The notes beneath the pieces are model-generated. The model saw only the letters and a list, made by a program, of their open reading frames with translations, was not told the DNA's origin and did not search any database. Positions 23,029 to 34,937 of a stretch of DNA of 64,000 bases are shown here, in pieces; position 1 is the stretch's first letter; every line of letters starts with the position of its first letter. Where the stretch lies: the NCBI GenBank assembly GCA_033838285.1, contig JAJLLC010000059.1, forward strand, positions 42,995 to 106,994. Reading direction: 5' to 3'. This DNA comes from Pseudomonadaceae bacterium (GTDB lineage Bacteria; Pseudomonadota; Gammaproteobacteria; Pseudomonadales; Pseudomonadaceae). The translations under genes were made by a program, and so were the position numbers.

Positions 23029-23104
23029 ATGCACGAACAGCCCTCTCCCCCGCGCGGCCGGCGGCCGCGCGGGGAATCTTGACTCAAAAGTCATATTCCT
23101 GTCA

Positions 23105-23569
23105 TCAGGCGCAGAGTTCGCATAGCTGGGCATTCGGCGCCAGCTTGAAGAAATCCTCGATCGGCAGGCGCACCAGGTTCTCGTGGTCGCCGGCCTCCAG
23201 GTAGATGTCGCCCTGCCGGGCCAGTGCCGGGTCGACCAGCATGCCCATGCCGTAGGCCTCGCCGATGGCCGGAATGGCGCCGCGCTCACAGTCCTGGAAC
23301 AGGCTGCCGAGGTTCTGCTCGCGGGTCAGCTGCCAGCGCCAGGGGCCCTTGTGCACCTTGCTCAGGTCGAGCAGGCGGTTGGCCGGCAGCACGGCCATCA
23401 GGTAGTGGCCGCGACGGTCGTCGAGCACCACCGACTTGGCCATGCGCTCGGCCGGGATGCGTGCCTTACGCGCCGATTCCAGGCTGGTGGCGGAGTGGTC
23501 GTGCTCGACCAGTTCATAGTGACAGTCGGCCCACTTCAGGCTGCGGGCCAGGGTTTCGGCCATGCGCAT
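23105..23569 (-). CDS. YbaK/ProX-family aminoacyl-tRNA deacylase-like protein
   Basis: AKSVVL.D, YLMAVLPA...LDL, DCE.GAIPAIG, EAGDH motifs. Confidence 0.85.
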   Translation of the reverse strand: MRMAETLARSLKWADCHYELVEHDHSATSLESARKARIPAERMAKSVVLDDRRGHYLMAVLPANRLLDLSKVHKGPWRWQLTREQNLGSLFQDCERGAIPAIGEAYGMGMLVDPALARQGDIYLEAGDHENLVRLPIEDFFKLAPNAQLCELCA

Positions 23570-23730
23570 GCTGCACCTCCTCGGCCGCCACTGCTGCGGC
23601 CTTCGCTTAACTGCAGTCTAGCCAGGCACGCGCGGCCTCGGCCTGGCAGTTGCTGATAACCGGGGCACGGCCTTAGATGGCTTTGCGCTATGCCGGCGCG
23701 CCTATAATCGGCCTTTTGCCCGGGGGCCCC

Positions 23731-25077
23731 ATGTCCGCACTGCTCGCCGCCTGGCGCCACGCTCCGACCCACAGGCGGGTCTGGGCGCTGGCCGCGCCGA
23801 TGATCCTGTCCAACCTCTCGGTGCCCCTGGTGGCCCTGGTCGACACGGCGGTGATCGGCCACCTGCCGCATACCCAGCAACTCGGCGCCGTGGTGGTCGG
23901 CGCCAGCCTGTACGCCATGCTGGTGGGCGTGTTCGGCATCCTGCGCATGAGCGCCACCGGCTTCGCCGCCCAGGCGGTGGGCCGCGGCGATGGCGCCGCG
24001 CTGCGCCTGGTGCTGCTGCAGAGCCTGCTGCTGGCCGTGCTGATCGCCCTGCTGGTCGGCCTGCTGGCCCTGCCGCTGAGCGGCCTGGCCCTGCGCCTGA
24101 TGCAGCCCTCGGCCGAGCTGGAGACGCTGACTCGCGCCTTCTTCCACGAGCGCCTGCTCGGCCTGCCGGCGACCCTGGCGGTGGCCGCCCTCACCGGCTG
24201 GCTGCTCGGCACCCAGAGTGCGCGCGGCGCCCTGACGGTGATGCTGACCACCAACCTGCTCAACGTCGTTCTCAACCTGTGGTTCGTCCTCGGCCTGGAG
24301 TGGGGCGTGCTCGGTTCGGCGCGTGCCTCGGTGGTCGCCGAATGGTGCGGCGCCCTGCTCGGCCTGGGGCTGGCCTGGCTCAGCCTGGCTCGTCACCCCG
24401 GGCGCCTGGCGCCGGCCCGCCTGCTGCAGTGGCAGGGCTGGCGCAACCTGCTGGCGGTGAACCGCGACATCCTGATCCGCACTCTGGCCCTGCACCTGGT
24501 GTTCTTCCTGGTCACCCTGCAGGGCACCCGGCTGGGCGACGCCACGGTGGCGGCCAACGCCCTGCTGCTCAACGGTCTGCTGCTCGCCGCCTTCGCCCTC
24601 GACGGCCTGGCCCACGCGGTGGAGGCCCTGTGCGGCCACGCCATCGGCGCGCGCGACCGCCTGGCGCTGCGCCGCGCCCTGGTGGTGGCCGGCGGCTGGT
24701 CGCTGCTCGGCAGCCTGCTGTTCGCCCTGCTGTTCCTGCTCGGCGGGCGGCTGTTCGTCGAACTGCAGAGCGACATCGCCGAGGTACGGGCAGCGGCCTA
24801 CCCCTACCTGCCCTACCTGGCCCTGCTGCCGCTGGTGGCGGTGTGGAGCTACCTGCTCGACGGGCTGTTCATCGGCGCGACACGGGCGCGGGAGATGCGC
24901 GACGCCATGCTGCTCAGCGTGGCCCTCGGCCTGCTGCTCGGCTGGCTGCTGCAGGGGCTGGGCAACCACGGCCTGTGGCTGGCCCTTCTATGCTTTATGC
25001 TGATGCGCGGGCTCAGCCTGGCCTTTATGGGCTGGCGCCTGCAACGCCGAGATGCCTGGCTCGCCGCGAGCCACTGA
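23731..25077 (+). CDS. dinF: MATE efflux transporter, DinF subfamily
   Basis: LAAPMILSN.SVPLV.LVDTAVIGH, LRM.ATG, about 12 TM helices. Confidence 0.88.
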   Translation: MSALLAAWRHAPTHRRVWALAAPMILSNLSVPLVALVDTAVIGHLPHTQQLGAVVVGASLYAMLVGVFGILRMSATGFAAQAVGRGDGAALRLVLLQSLLLAVLIALLVGLLALPLSGLALRLMQPSAELETLTRAFFHERLLGLPATLAVAALTGWLLGTQSARGALTVMLTTNLLNVVLNLWFVLGLEWGVLGSARASVVAEWCGALLGLGLAWLSLARHPGRLAPARLLQWQGWRNLLAVNRDILIRTLALHLVFFLVTLQGTRLGDATVAANALLLNGLLLAAFALDGLAHAVEALCGHAIGARDRLALRRALVVAGGWSLLGSLLFALLFLLGGRLFVELQSDIAEVRAAAYPYLPYLALLPLVAVWSYLLDGLFIGATRAREMRDAMLLSVALGLLLGWLLQGLGNHGLWLALLCFMLMRGLSLAFMGWRLQRRDAWLAASH

Positions 25078-25089
25078 GTGGAGACGGAT

Positions 25090-26127
25090 ATGCAGCCTGC
25101 CCCCCTTCCCGCCGACGAGGACCTGCGCCAGCTTGCCCTGGACGATCTGGAACTGCTCGACACGCCGGCCGAGCTGTACCTGGATACCCTGGTACGTCTG
25201 ACCCGCGAAGTGTTCCAGGTGCAGACCGTGCTGGTCAGTCTGGTCGACCGCGACCGCCAGTGGTTCAAGGCGCGCATCGGCCTGGACCTGGCCGAGACCT
25301 CGCGCGACGTCTCCTTCTGCGCCCATGCCGTGGCGGCGCGAAGCCCGTTGGTGGTGGAGAACGCCCTGAACGACCCGCGCTTCGCCGACAACCCGGTGGT
25401 CACCGGCCCGCCCTTCCTGCGCTTCTACGCCGGCCAGCCGCTGTACAGCCGCGGCGGACAGCCGATCGGCACGCTGTGCCTGATCCATCCCGAGCCACGC
25501 GGATTCAGCCAGGCCGAACGCCTGCGCCTGCACGACCTGAGCATTCTGGTGGAGGGTTATCTGCATCTGCGCAGCCTGGGGCAGCAGGCGCAGCGCCTGC
25601 GCAGGGCGGTGGACCGCGAACAGCGCAGAGCGCTGATCGACCCGCTGACCCAGCTTTGGAACCGCGCCGCATTGCAGCAGTTCTTCGATCGCGAAATGGC
25701 CAGCGCACAGCAGGCCGGCCTGCGCCTGGGCGCCATCTACATCGACCTCGACCATTTCAAGCAGGTCAACGACCAGTTCGGCCATGCCGGCGGCGATCAG
25801 GTGCTGCAGCAGAGCGCTCGGCGCATGGCCGCGGCGCTGCGCCCGGACGACCTGCTGCTGCGCCTGGGCGGCGAGGAGTTCGTCGCCCTGGTGGCGGTGC
25901 ACGATGCCGGCGAACTGGGCCTGATCGCCGAACGCGTACGCCGCGCCATCGCCGACCAACCGATGAGCATTGACGAGCGCCTGCATCCGATGACCACCAG
26001 CCTGGGCACCGCCCTGGCGCGCGCCGGCGAGCCCCAGGCCGAACTGCTGGAGCGCGCCGACCGCGCCCTCTATCAGGCCAAGCAGCAGGGGCGCAACCGC
26101 ACGCTGCACGCCCCCGACAACCCCTGA
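25090..26127 (+). CDS. GAF-domain diguanylate cyclase
   Basis: RQWFKA..G, SFCAHA, DPRFADNP.V...P.LRFYAG GAF; RPDD I-site, RLGGEEF. Confidence 0.92.
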   Translation: MQPAPLPADEDLRQLALDDLELLDTPAELYLDTLVRLTREVFQVQTVLVSLVDRDRQWFKARIGLDLAETSRDVSFCAHAVAARSPLVVENALNDPRFADNPVVTGPPFLRFYAGQPLYSRGGQPIGTLCLIHPEPRGFSQAERLRLHDLSILVEGYLHLRSLGQQAQRLRRAVDREQRRALIDPLTQLWNRAALQQFFDREMASAQQAGLRLGAIYIDLDHFKQVNDQFGHAGGDQVLQQSARRMAAALRPDDLLLRLGGEEFVALVAVHDAGELGLIAERVRRAIADQPMSIDERLHPMTTSLGTALARAGEPQAELLERADRALYQAKQQGRNRTLHAPDNP

Positions 26128-26141
26128 GGAAAGGAGCTCCC

Positions 26142-26600
26142 ATGGCCGACGCCATCGCCGCCAGCCTGCACTACCTGTCGATCTTCGTACTGTTCGCCCT
26201 GCTCACCAGCGAGCATGTGCTGTTCAAGGCCGACCTGGACGCCACCACCGCCCGACGCCTGCAACGCATCGACATCGCCTACGGCATCAGCGCCGGCCTG
26301 GTGCTGGCCACCGGCCTGGTGCGGGTGCTGTGGTACGGCAAGGGCCTGGACTACTACCTGCACAACGGGCTGTTCCACGCCAAGGTCGGCCTGTTCCTGC
26401 TGATCGGCCTGCTGTCGATCCTGCCGACCCTGACCTTCTTCGGCTGGCGCAACGAGCTGCTGGCCGGCAAGGCGCCGCACATCCCTGCGGCCGTGGCCCG
26501 GCGCACCCTCTGGGTGATCCGCATCGAGCTGCTCCTGCTGGTCTGCCTGCCGCTGCTGGCCAGCCTGATGGCGCGTGGCCACGGGATGCTCGGCGGTTAA
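26142..26600 (+). CDS. DUF2214-like membrane protein
   Basis: LHYLS, D..YGISA..VLATG..R..WYGKG..YY..N.LF..K, LMARG. Confidence 0.8.
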   Translation: MADAIAASLHYLSIFVLFALLTSEHVLFKADLDATTARRLQRIDIAYGISAGLVLATGLVRVLWYGKGLDYYLHNGLFHAKVGLFLLIGLLSILPTLTFFGWRNELLAGKAPHIPAAVARRTLWVIRIELLLLVCLPLLASLMARGHGMLGG

Positions 26601-26612
26601 TCATGTTGTGGC

Positions 26613-26633
26613 CCCGGATTGCATCCGGGCTAC
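26613..26633 (-). repeat. GTAG-type REP
   Basis: Minus strand GTAGCCCGGATGCAATCCGGG. Confidence 0.8.
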
Positions 26634-26640
26634 GGCACAC

Positions 26641-26671
26641 AAGAAAAAGCCCGGCGAATGCCGGGCTTCTT
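26641..26671. terminator. Probable bidirectional intrinsic terminator between convergent genes
   Basis: AAGCCCGGC-GAAT-GCCGGGCTT with A-rich and T-rich flanks. Confidence 0.8.
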
Positions 26672-26690
26672 CGTTCACACGCAGGCTGGC

Positions 26691-28604
<1,914 letters not shown>

Positions 28605-28727
28605 CGAGGTCTCCTGTGGGGGTAGGTAAGGGCTGCCGCCCATATGGGCAGCAGATCTAGAGCATGGATATGACGATCATGGGTGCGTGGACCGCACCGC
28701 TATCGGGGAAGTTTAGGAAACCCCGGC

Positions 28728-29099
28728 TCAGCCGCCGGATTTCTTGGCCTTGAAGCCGCGCTTGGCCAGCTCGTCGAGGAGCAGCTCGACCATGTCGCCC
28801 TGGATCTCGATGACGCCGTCCTTCAGCCCGCCACCGCAGCCGCAGCGCTTCTTCAGGGCACTGGCCAGCTCCTTCAGCTCGGCCTCGGCCAGCGGCACGC
28901 CGCTGATGGTGGTGACGGTCTTGCCACCCCGGCCCTTGGTCTCGCGGCGCACGCGGGCAATGCCGTCGCCTGCGGGAATCTGGCTCTGCTTGCAGATGCA
29001 GGCGGCCACCGGCTGGCCACAGTCGGGACAGTGCCGACCGCCATCGGTGGAATAGACGAGACCGCCCAGGGCGGCGAACGACGCAGCTTTCTTGACCAC
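28728..29099 (-). CDS. yciH: Translation initiation factor SUI1 homologue
   Basis: LVYSTD.G, RETKGRGGK.VT, LKKRCGCGG, IEIQGD. Confidence 0.93.
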   Translation of the reverse strand: MVKKAASFAALGGLVYSTDGGRHCPDCGQPVAACICKQSQIPAGDGIARVRRETKGRGGKTVTTISGVPLAEAELKELASALKKRCGCGGGLKDGVIEIQGDMVELLLDELAKRGFKAKKSGG

Positions 29100-29342
29100 C
29101 GGCTTTTCCTCGTAGGGGTCAGGATAGCGACTGGCTGAACGGGTTCAGCCGCGAGGCCCCACTCAGGCAGGGGCAGCGCAACCAGGCGTGGCGCCTGGCG
29201 TTGAAGGTGGCGCAGTGTAAGGGCAAAAAACCCGCTTGCTAAGTGCGAAATTGCGCCATTGATCGACGGATTGGCGACGCCGTTCGGCATCGTGCACGAG
29301 TGCGCTCGGAATGCTGCACGAATGCCGCCTGGGCCACCGCCG

Positions 29343-29873
29343 TCAGCGCCGCAGGTAGCGCTCCAGCGCCGCCAGCGAGTCCGGGCAGTAGGGCCTGATC
29401 CGGGTGTCGCGCAGCGCCTCGTCGAGGTCGAGGAACTTCGCCTCCAGCACCTCTTCCGGCTGCAGCACCAGCGGCGCGTCGGACACCGCCGAGTAGGCCC
29501 GGCACCACAGGCGGCTCTCCGCGGCGTCGTAGAGAAAGTGCGCGTGTTCGGTCAGCTCGGCATCGACTATGCCGAGTTCCTCGGCCAGCTCTCGCGCCGC
29601 CGACTCGGCATAGCTTTCGTCCGCCAGCACCATGCCGCCGGCCGCCACGTCCCAGTAGCCGGGGTACAGCGCCTTGCTCAGGGTGCGCCGGTGCACGCAC
29701 AGCTGCCCGGCGGAGTTGAACAGCAGGATGTAGGTGCCGCGCCCGATCAGGCCACGCTCGCGCAACTCGGCACGCGAGACGGCGCCCAGCGGGCGGTCCT
29801 GCTCGTCGACCCAGGCGACGCGCTCGGCGTCGGAGGCGGCCCGGTGCGCCGCCTCGCGTTCGCTGATGGCCAT
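29343..29873 (-). CDS. NUDIX hydrolase (YfcD-like)
   Basis: GG.V..DESY..SAARELAEELG Nudix box. Confidence 0.9.
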   Translation of the reverse strand: MAISEREAAHRAASDAERVAWVDEQDRPLGAVSRAELRERGLIGRGTYILLFNSAGQLCVHRRTLSKALYPGYWDVAAGGMVLADESYAESAARELAEELGIVDAELTEHAHFLYDAAESRLWCRAYSAVSDAPLVLQPEEVLEAKFLDLDEALRDTRIRPYCPDSLAALERYLRR

Positions 29874-30940
29874 CAGCCCTGGCTCAGCAGGGTGCGCAGG
29901 TCGATGATCGCGGCGTTGGCGCGGGAGATGTAGTTGGCCATCACCAGCGAGTGGTTGGCCAGCACGCCGTAGCCGCTACCGTTGAGCACCATCGGGCTCC
30001 ACAGCGGCTCCTGGGCCGCCTCCAGCTCGCGGATGATCTGCCGCACGCTGACGGTGGCGTTCTTCTTCGCCAGCACGTCGGCGAAGTCGACCTCGATGGC
30101 GCGCAGGATGTGCGACAGCGCCCAGGCCTGGCCGCGGGCCTCGTAGAACACGTTGTCGATCTGCAGCCAGGGCGTCTTCACTTCCTCTTCCTGGCTCAGC
30201 TCGGCCCCCTCGGGCAGCGTCTGCCCCTCGATCAGGTCGGTGTTCAGACGCACCCGGCCGACGCTGGCGGACAGGCGCTGGGACAACGAGCCCAGGCGGG
30301 TGGCCACGTCGCCCAGCCAGCTGTTGAGGTTGTCGGCGCGGCTGTAGAACTGTGCGCTCTGCTGGTTCGGATCGGCCAGGGCCGCCTGGTAGCGGTTCAG
30401 CGACTTGAGCCCCTCGGCGTACTCGGCCTCGGAAGCCGGCAGGGCCCAGCTCTTGTTGTCGAAGTTGAAGCGCTGCTCGGCCTTGATCAGGTTGGCGTCC
30501 TCGGTGGACTGCGACTGCGAGCGGGCGAAGTCCTTGCGCAGCGCCCGCGACAGGTCGCGCACCTGCACCAGCACGCCGTATTCCCAGGCCGGCATGTTGT
30601 CCAGCCACAGGCCGGGCGGGGCGATGTCGTTGGACAGGTAGCCACCGGGCTTGTCCAGCAGGGTCTGCGCTACCTTCTTCAGGGTCTCGACCGTGGTATA
30701 GCCGCCGACCAGCTTGCGCTGCGCCTGCTCGGCCGCGGCCTGGGCATGCTGCTGCACCGGGAACAGCTCCGGCTCCTGGCTCCAGTACCAGCCGACCAGC
30801 AGGGCGCCGAGCAAGTACAGGCCGAGCAGGCTGCCCAGGGTCCGACTCAGCCACAGGCCGCCGAAATAGCTGCGTGCGCCATCCACCTTGTCGCCGACAT
30901 TGCCGGCCAGTTCGCTCGTGCCTTTCTTCCAATCCAACAT
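29873..30940 (-). CDS. DUF2333-like protein
   Basis: TM anchor; LLDKPGGYLSND, DNMP.WEYG, IDNVFYEARG, ANHSLVMANY. Confidence 0.85.
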   Translation of the reverse strand: MLDWKKGTSELAGNVGDKVDGARSYFGGLWLSRTLGSLLGLYLLGALLVGWYWSQEPELFPVQQHAQAAAEQAQRKLVGGYTTVETLKKVAQTLLDKPGGYLSNDIAPPGLWLDNMPAWEYGVLVQVRDLSRALRKDFARSQSQSTEDANLIKAEQRFNFDNKSWALPASEAEYAEGLKSLNRYQAALADPNQQSAQFYSRADNLNSWLGDVATRLGSLSQRLSASVGRVRLNTDLIEGQTLPEGAELSQEEEVKTPWLQIDNVFYEARGQAWALSHILRAIEVDFADVLAKKNATVSVRQIIRELEAAQEPLWSPMVLNGSGYGVLANHSLVMANYISRANAAIIDLRTLLSQG

Positions 30941-31166
30941 GGTCTCGATCCTTAGCTTGCGTGTTTCTCCCGGCCGGCCCGCGGCCGGCCATGACCTCAC
31001 TATAAGTGAAGCGTAGCGACGAAGCAGTGCCGGCATGCCGTGGATGGGGACAATCCGGCCAAAAGCTGGAATTCTGGCGCCAAATGACCGATGGTTGTCG
31101 TACAGATATTGAGCAGTGGTAGCATGACGCCATCATCGTAATTTTCCCGATACCCCGGCCCGGCCC

Positions 31167-32789
31167 ATGAGCGAACACGAAGACCCCAGTCGCGACCGCC
31201 TCAAGCAGCACTTCGCCAAGCGCGTGATCCATCAGGCGCGCCAGGTGCTGGAGGTCTGGCAGCGCCTGCAGCAGCAGGAATGGGACGCCGCGGTGATGGC
31301 CGAGATGGTCGAGGCCAATCTGGGCCTGCTGCGCTACGCCGAGCGCTTCGAGCAGGAGGTGCATGTCCAGCTGGCCCGCGCCATCGGCAACTGCCTGCAG
31401 GCCGTGGAGAGCAACCGCGGGCGCCTGACCAGCCCGCTGATCACCGAGATCAACCAGCTGATGCAGCGCCTGTCGCGCACCGGCCTGCGGCATGGCGACC
31501 AGTACGAGCAGACTTTCCTGCCGCCGCTGCGCAAGCCGGTGTACCTGGCCCTGCAGGATCTGGAGCGCGCCGAGCGCCTGGCCCAGCAGCTGGAGTTCTT
31601 CGGCCTCAGCGCCCAGGCCCTGCACAACGCCGACGCCTTTCGCGCCGCCATGGCCGAGCGCCATCCGGCCGCCATCCTGATGGAAATCGACTTCGCCGGC
31701 CCGGGCCTCGGCCTGCGTCTGGCCGAGGAGGCGCAGCAGGGTCTGGAGCAGAAGCTGCCGCTGCTGTTCTTCAGCCACGCCGACGTCGATACCCCGACCC
31801 GCCTGGCCGCCGTGCGCGCCGGCGGCCAGGAGTTCTTCACCGGCGCCCTGGACGCCTCCCAGCTGATCGAGCGCATCGAGGTGCTCACCCATGTGGTCCA
31901 CTATGACCCCTACAAGGTGCTGATCGTCGACGACTCACGGGCCCAGGCCACCCACACCGAGCGCGTGCTGAACAGCGCCGGCATCGTCACCCGCACCCTC
32001 ACCGAGCCGATCCAGGCCATGGCCGAGCTGGCCGAATTCCAGCCGGACCTGATCATCCTCGACATGTACATGCCCGAGTGCAACGGCACCGAGCTGGCCA
32101 AGGTGATCCGCCACAACGACCGCTACGTCAGCGTGCCGATCATCTACCTGTCCGCCGAGGACGACCTGGACAAGCAGCTCGACGCCATGAGCGAGGGCGG
32201 CGACGACTTCCTGACCAAGCCGATCAAGCCGCGCCACCTGATCGCCACCGTGCGCAACCGCGCGGCGCGTGCGCGCAACCTCAAGGCGCGCATGGTGCGC
32301 GACAGCCTCACCGGGCTGTACAACCACACCCACACCCTGCAGCTGCTCGAGGACGCGCGCTTCCGCGCCCGCCGCGACGGCCAGCCGCTGACCTTCGCCA
32401 TGCTCGACATCGACCACTTCAAGAAGGTCAACGACACCTACGGCCACCCCATGGGCGACCGGGTGATCAAGAGCCTGGCGCTGTTCCTCAAGCAGCGCCT
32501 GCGCAAGACCGACCATATCGGCCGCTACGGCGGCGAGGAATTCGCCGTGGTGCTGCCGGACACCGACGCCGCCACCGCGGCCAAGGTGCTCGACGAGATC
32601 CGCCGGCGCTTCGCCGAGATCCACTACCCGGCCCAGCCCCAGGACCTGAGCTGCACCTTCAGCTGCGGCATCGCCGAACTGCGCGATGGCATGGACTGCA
32701 ACACCCTGTCCAAGAGTGCCGACGAGGCGCTCTATGTGGCCAAGCGCGGCGGACGCAACCGGGTGGAAATCCACTCCGACAAAGAGTGA
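31167..32789 (+). CDS. gcbA: PleD-like response regulator diguanylate cyclase (GcbA-like)
   Basis: Two receiver-like domains, RKTD I-site, RYGGEEF; synteny recalled from Pseudomonas. Confidence 0.85.
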   Translation: MSEHEDPSRDRLKQHFAKRVIHQARQVLEVWQRLQQQEWDAAVMAEMVEANLGLLRYAERFEQEVHVQLARAIGNCLQAVESNRGRLTSPLITEINQLMQRLSRTGLRHGDQYEQTFLPPLRKPVYLALQDLERAERLAQQLEFFGLSAQALHNADAFRAAMAERHPAAILMEIDFAGPGLGLRLAEEAQQGLEQKLPLLFFSHADVDTPTRLAAVRAGGQEFFTGALDASQLIERIEVLTHVVHYDPYKVLIVDDSRAQATHTERVLNSAGIVTRTLTEPIQAMAELAEFQPDLIILDMYMPECNGTELAKVIRHNDRYVSVPIIYLSAEDDLDKQLDAMSEGGDDFLTKPIKPRHLIATVRNRAARARNLKARMVRDSLTGLYNHTHTLQLLEDARFRARRDGQPLTFAMLDIDHFKKVNDTYGHPMGDRVIKSLALFLKQRLRKTDHIGRYGGEEFAVVLPDTDAATAAKVLDEIRRRFAEIHYPAQPQDLSCTFSCGIAELRDGMDCNTLSKSADEALYVAKRGGRNRVEIHSDKE

Positions 32790-32800
32790 CGCGCGTCACG

Positions 32801-32829
32801 CCGTCATAAAGCCGTAACCAAACCGCAAT
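32801..32829 (+). promoter_or_regulatory. Pho box-like tandem (PhoB) upstream of chemoreceptor
   Basis: CCGTCAT-N4-CCGTAAC-N4-CCGCAAT, 11-bp period, resembling CTGTCAT-N4-CTGT(C/A)A. Confidence 0.7.
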
Positions 32830-32868
32830 AACCTGCGGGGCATCGCCTAGGTAGTTTTCCGGTGCCCC

Positions 32869-34830
32869 ATGCGTCTCAAGCAGCTCACCAACCTCTCCAC
32901 CGCCCTCCTCGTCACCGCCTGCGTCGCCCTCGGCAGCACGCTCTGGTGGTCGGAAAAGGCGCTCGAGCAGCCCTACCTGCTGATGCAGCGCTACCTCAAC
33001 CTGTCCCAGCAGTTCCAGCACCAGGTCGCCGACAACGTGCAGGCCTATCTGGCCAGCGGCGATGCCCTGCGCCACAGCCAGGCCAGCCAGGCCATCGTCG
33101 ACCTCGAAGGCCGGCTGGGCGAACTGCCTGTAGCGCTGGCCGAGCAGCTGCGCCCGAGCCTGGAAGAGCTGCGCCAGTTCGTCTCCACCGACCTGCTGGC
33201 CGCCGGCAAGCTGGCCGGCGACCCACAGGGCCTGTTGCTGCAAGCGGAGCGGGAGATGGGCGGCGCCCTCGAACAGCTGGCCAAGTACGCCGCCGACAGC
33301 GCCAGCGCGGACGCCGGTGCCTACCAGGCGGCACTCTTCTCCGCCGCCCAGCACCTGGCCCGCCTGGGCCATGCGCGCGGCAAGCTGGTCGGTAGCGGGC
33401 GCGACGAACTGGCCGCCGACGTCGAGCGCGAACTGGCCATCCTCGCCCAGCAGAGCGCCCGGCTGGACGGGCTGCCGCTGCTGGGAGTGACCGCGCAGGA
33501 AGAGACCGGCAACGACTTCGCCGCCCTGCTCGGCCTCGATCAGGGCGAGGAGCAGACCGAGGCCGAAGACCAGGGCATCGGTCTCAAGCGCGAGCTGGCC
33601 AGCCTGATCAAGCGCTATCCGGGCGAGTTGTCGCGTACCCGCGCGCTGATCCGCCAGCGCGGCGAACTGGCCAGCACCAGCGCGGCCAAGGTGGCCCAGC
33701 TGCAACAGGCGCTGGCCGCACTCGAACCGGCGGTACGCGCCGAGCACGGCCGTATCCAGGGCGAAGTGCGCCTGATCCAGGGCCTGGTGATCGGCCTGAT
33801 CCTGCTCATCGCCCTCGGCCTGGACCAGATCCAGCGGCGCCTGGGCAAGGTCCTCAGCCAACTGGCGCCGGCCCTGTCGACCTGGGCCGCCGGCGACTTC
33901 GCCGCCGATATCCAGCTACAGGCGCGTACCCGCGAGATGCGCGACATCGAGGACTCGCTGAATCGCCTGCGGCGCTATCTGGTCGAGCTGGTCGGCACCA
34001 TCCACCAGCATGCCGGCGAGGTGGCCGGCAGCAGCCGCACCCTGGCCGAGCTGAGCCAGGGCCTGCACGGCGGCGCCGAGCGCCAGCTGGCCGATACCGC
34101 ACAGATCCGCGACGCCCTCGGCGAACTGGAGCACACCATCGCCAGCGTGGCCGCCGACGCCAGCCAGGCCGCCGAGGCCAGCCGTGCCGCCAGCCGTGCC
34201 GTGGAGCAGGGCCAGAGGGTCATCGAGCAGAGCCTCACCGGCCTGCATGCGCTGGTCGACGAAGTGCAGGGCAACGCCCAGTCCATTGAACAGCTGGCCG
34301 CCGAGACCGCCACCATCGGCTCGGTGCTGACGGTGATCCGCGGCGTGGCCGAGCAGACCAACCTGCTGGCGCTCAATGCCGCCATCGAGGCGGCGCGCGC
34401 CGGCGAGATGGGCCGCGGCTTCGCCGTGGTGGCCGACGAGGTGCGTTCGCTGGCCCAGCGCACCAGCGGCGCCACTGACGAGATCCAGCAGCTGATCGCC
34501 CGCCTGCAGCAGGCCGCCCAGCAATCGGTGGCGGCCATGCGCGCCCAGGTCGAGCACGCCGAGGCCACCGCCGGACAGGCCGAACAGGCCGACGGCGCGC
34601 TGGACGAAGTGGTCCATGCCATCCGCACCATCGCCAGCATGGCCGAACGCATCGCCGAGGCCACCGCCCAGCAGGGCGGCGCGGCCAGCGAGATCCGCGA
34701 CCGCAGCGAGCGCATCCACCATCTCGGCGGCGACAACCTGACCCGCATCGGCGAGGGCCGTGCCCAGGGCGAGCAGCTGCTGCAGCTGGGCGGGCGTCTG
34801 CATACGGCGGTGCAGGCCTTCCGCGTGTAG
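32869..34830 (+). CDS. ctpL: Methyl-accepting chemotaxis protein, probable phosphate chemoreceptor CtpL
   Basis: MCP signalling domain; upstream pho box; position between gcbA and dsbD. Confidence 0.75.
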   Translation: MRLKQLTNLSTALLVTACVALGSTLWWSEKALEQPYLLMQRYLNLSQQFQHQVADNVQAYLASGDALRHSQASQAIVDLEGRLGELPVALAEQLRPSLEELRQFVSTDLLAAGKLAGDPQGLLLQAEREMGGALEQLAKYAADSASADAGAYQAALFSAAQHLARLGHARGKLVGSGRDELAADVERELAILAQQSARLDGLPLLGVTAQEETGNDFAALLGLDQGEEQTEAEDQGIGLKRELASLIKRYPGELSRTRALIRQRGELASTSAAKVAQLQQALAALEPAVRAEHGRIQGEVRLIQGLVIGLILLIALGLDQIQRRLGKVLSQLAPALSTWAAGDFAADIQLQARTREMRDIEDSLNRLRRYLVELVGTIHQHAGEVAGSSRTLAELSQGLHGGAERQLADTAQIRDALGELEHTIASVAADASQAAEASRAASRAVEQGQRVIEQSLTGLHALVDEVQGNAQSIEQLAAETATIGSVLTVIRGVAEQTNLLALNAAIEAARAGEMGRGFAVVADEVRSLAQRTSGATDEIQQLIARLQQAAQQSVAAMRAQVEHAEATAGQAEQADGALDEVVHAIRTIASMAERIAEATAQQGGAASEIRDRSERIHHLGGDNLTRIGEGRAQGEQLLQLGGRLHTAVQAFRV

Positions 34831-34937
34831 CCGCACGTCGGCCGGCAATATCCGCTGACACCCTGCGCCAGCGGGTCGCCTGGGGTCTGGCGGACGACTT
34901 GGGTATGATGCCGGCACCTCTTTCGTGCGAGTCCGTC

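Noticed and set aside
23041-23074. CCCTCTCCCC followed by a perfect GC hairpin as another BoxC-like unit
   Set aside because: Lacks the GGGAGAGGG arm; more likely an unrelated hairpin after the YbaK-like gene.
23570-23730. LexA (SOS) box upstream of dinF
   Set aside because: No convincing CTGT-N8-ACAG match found by eye.
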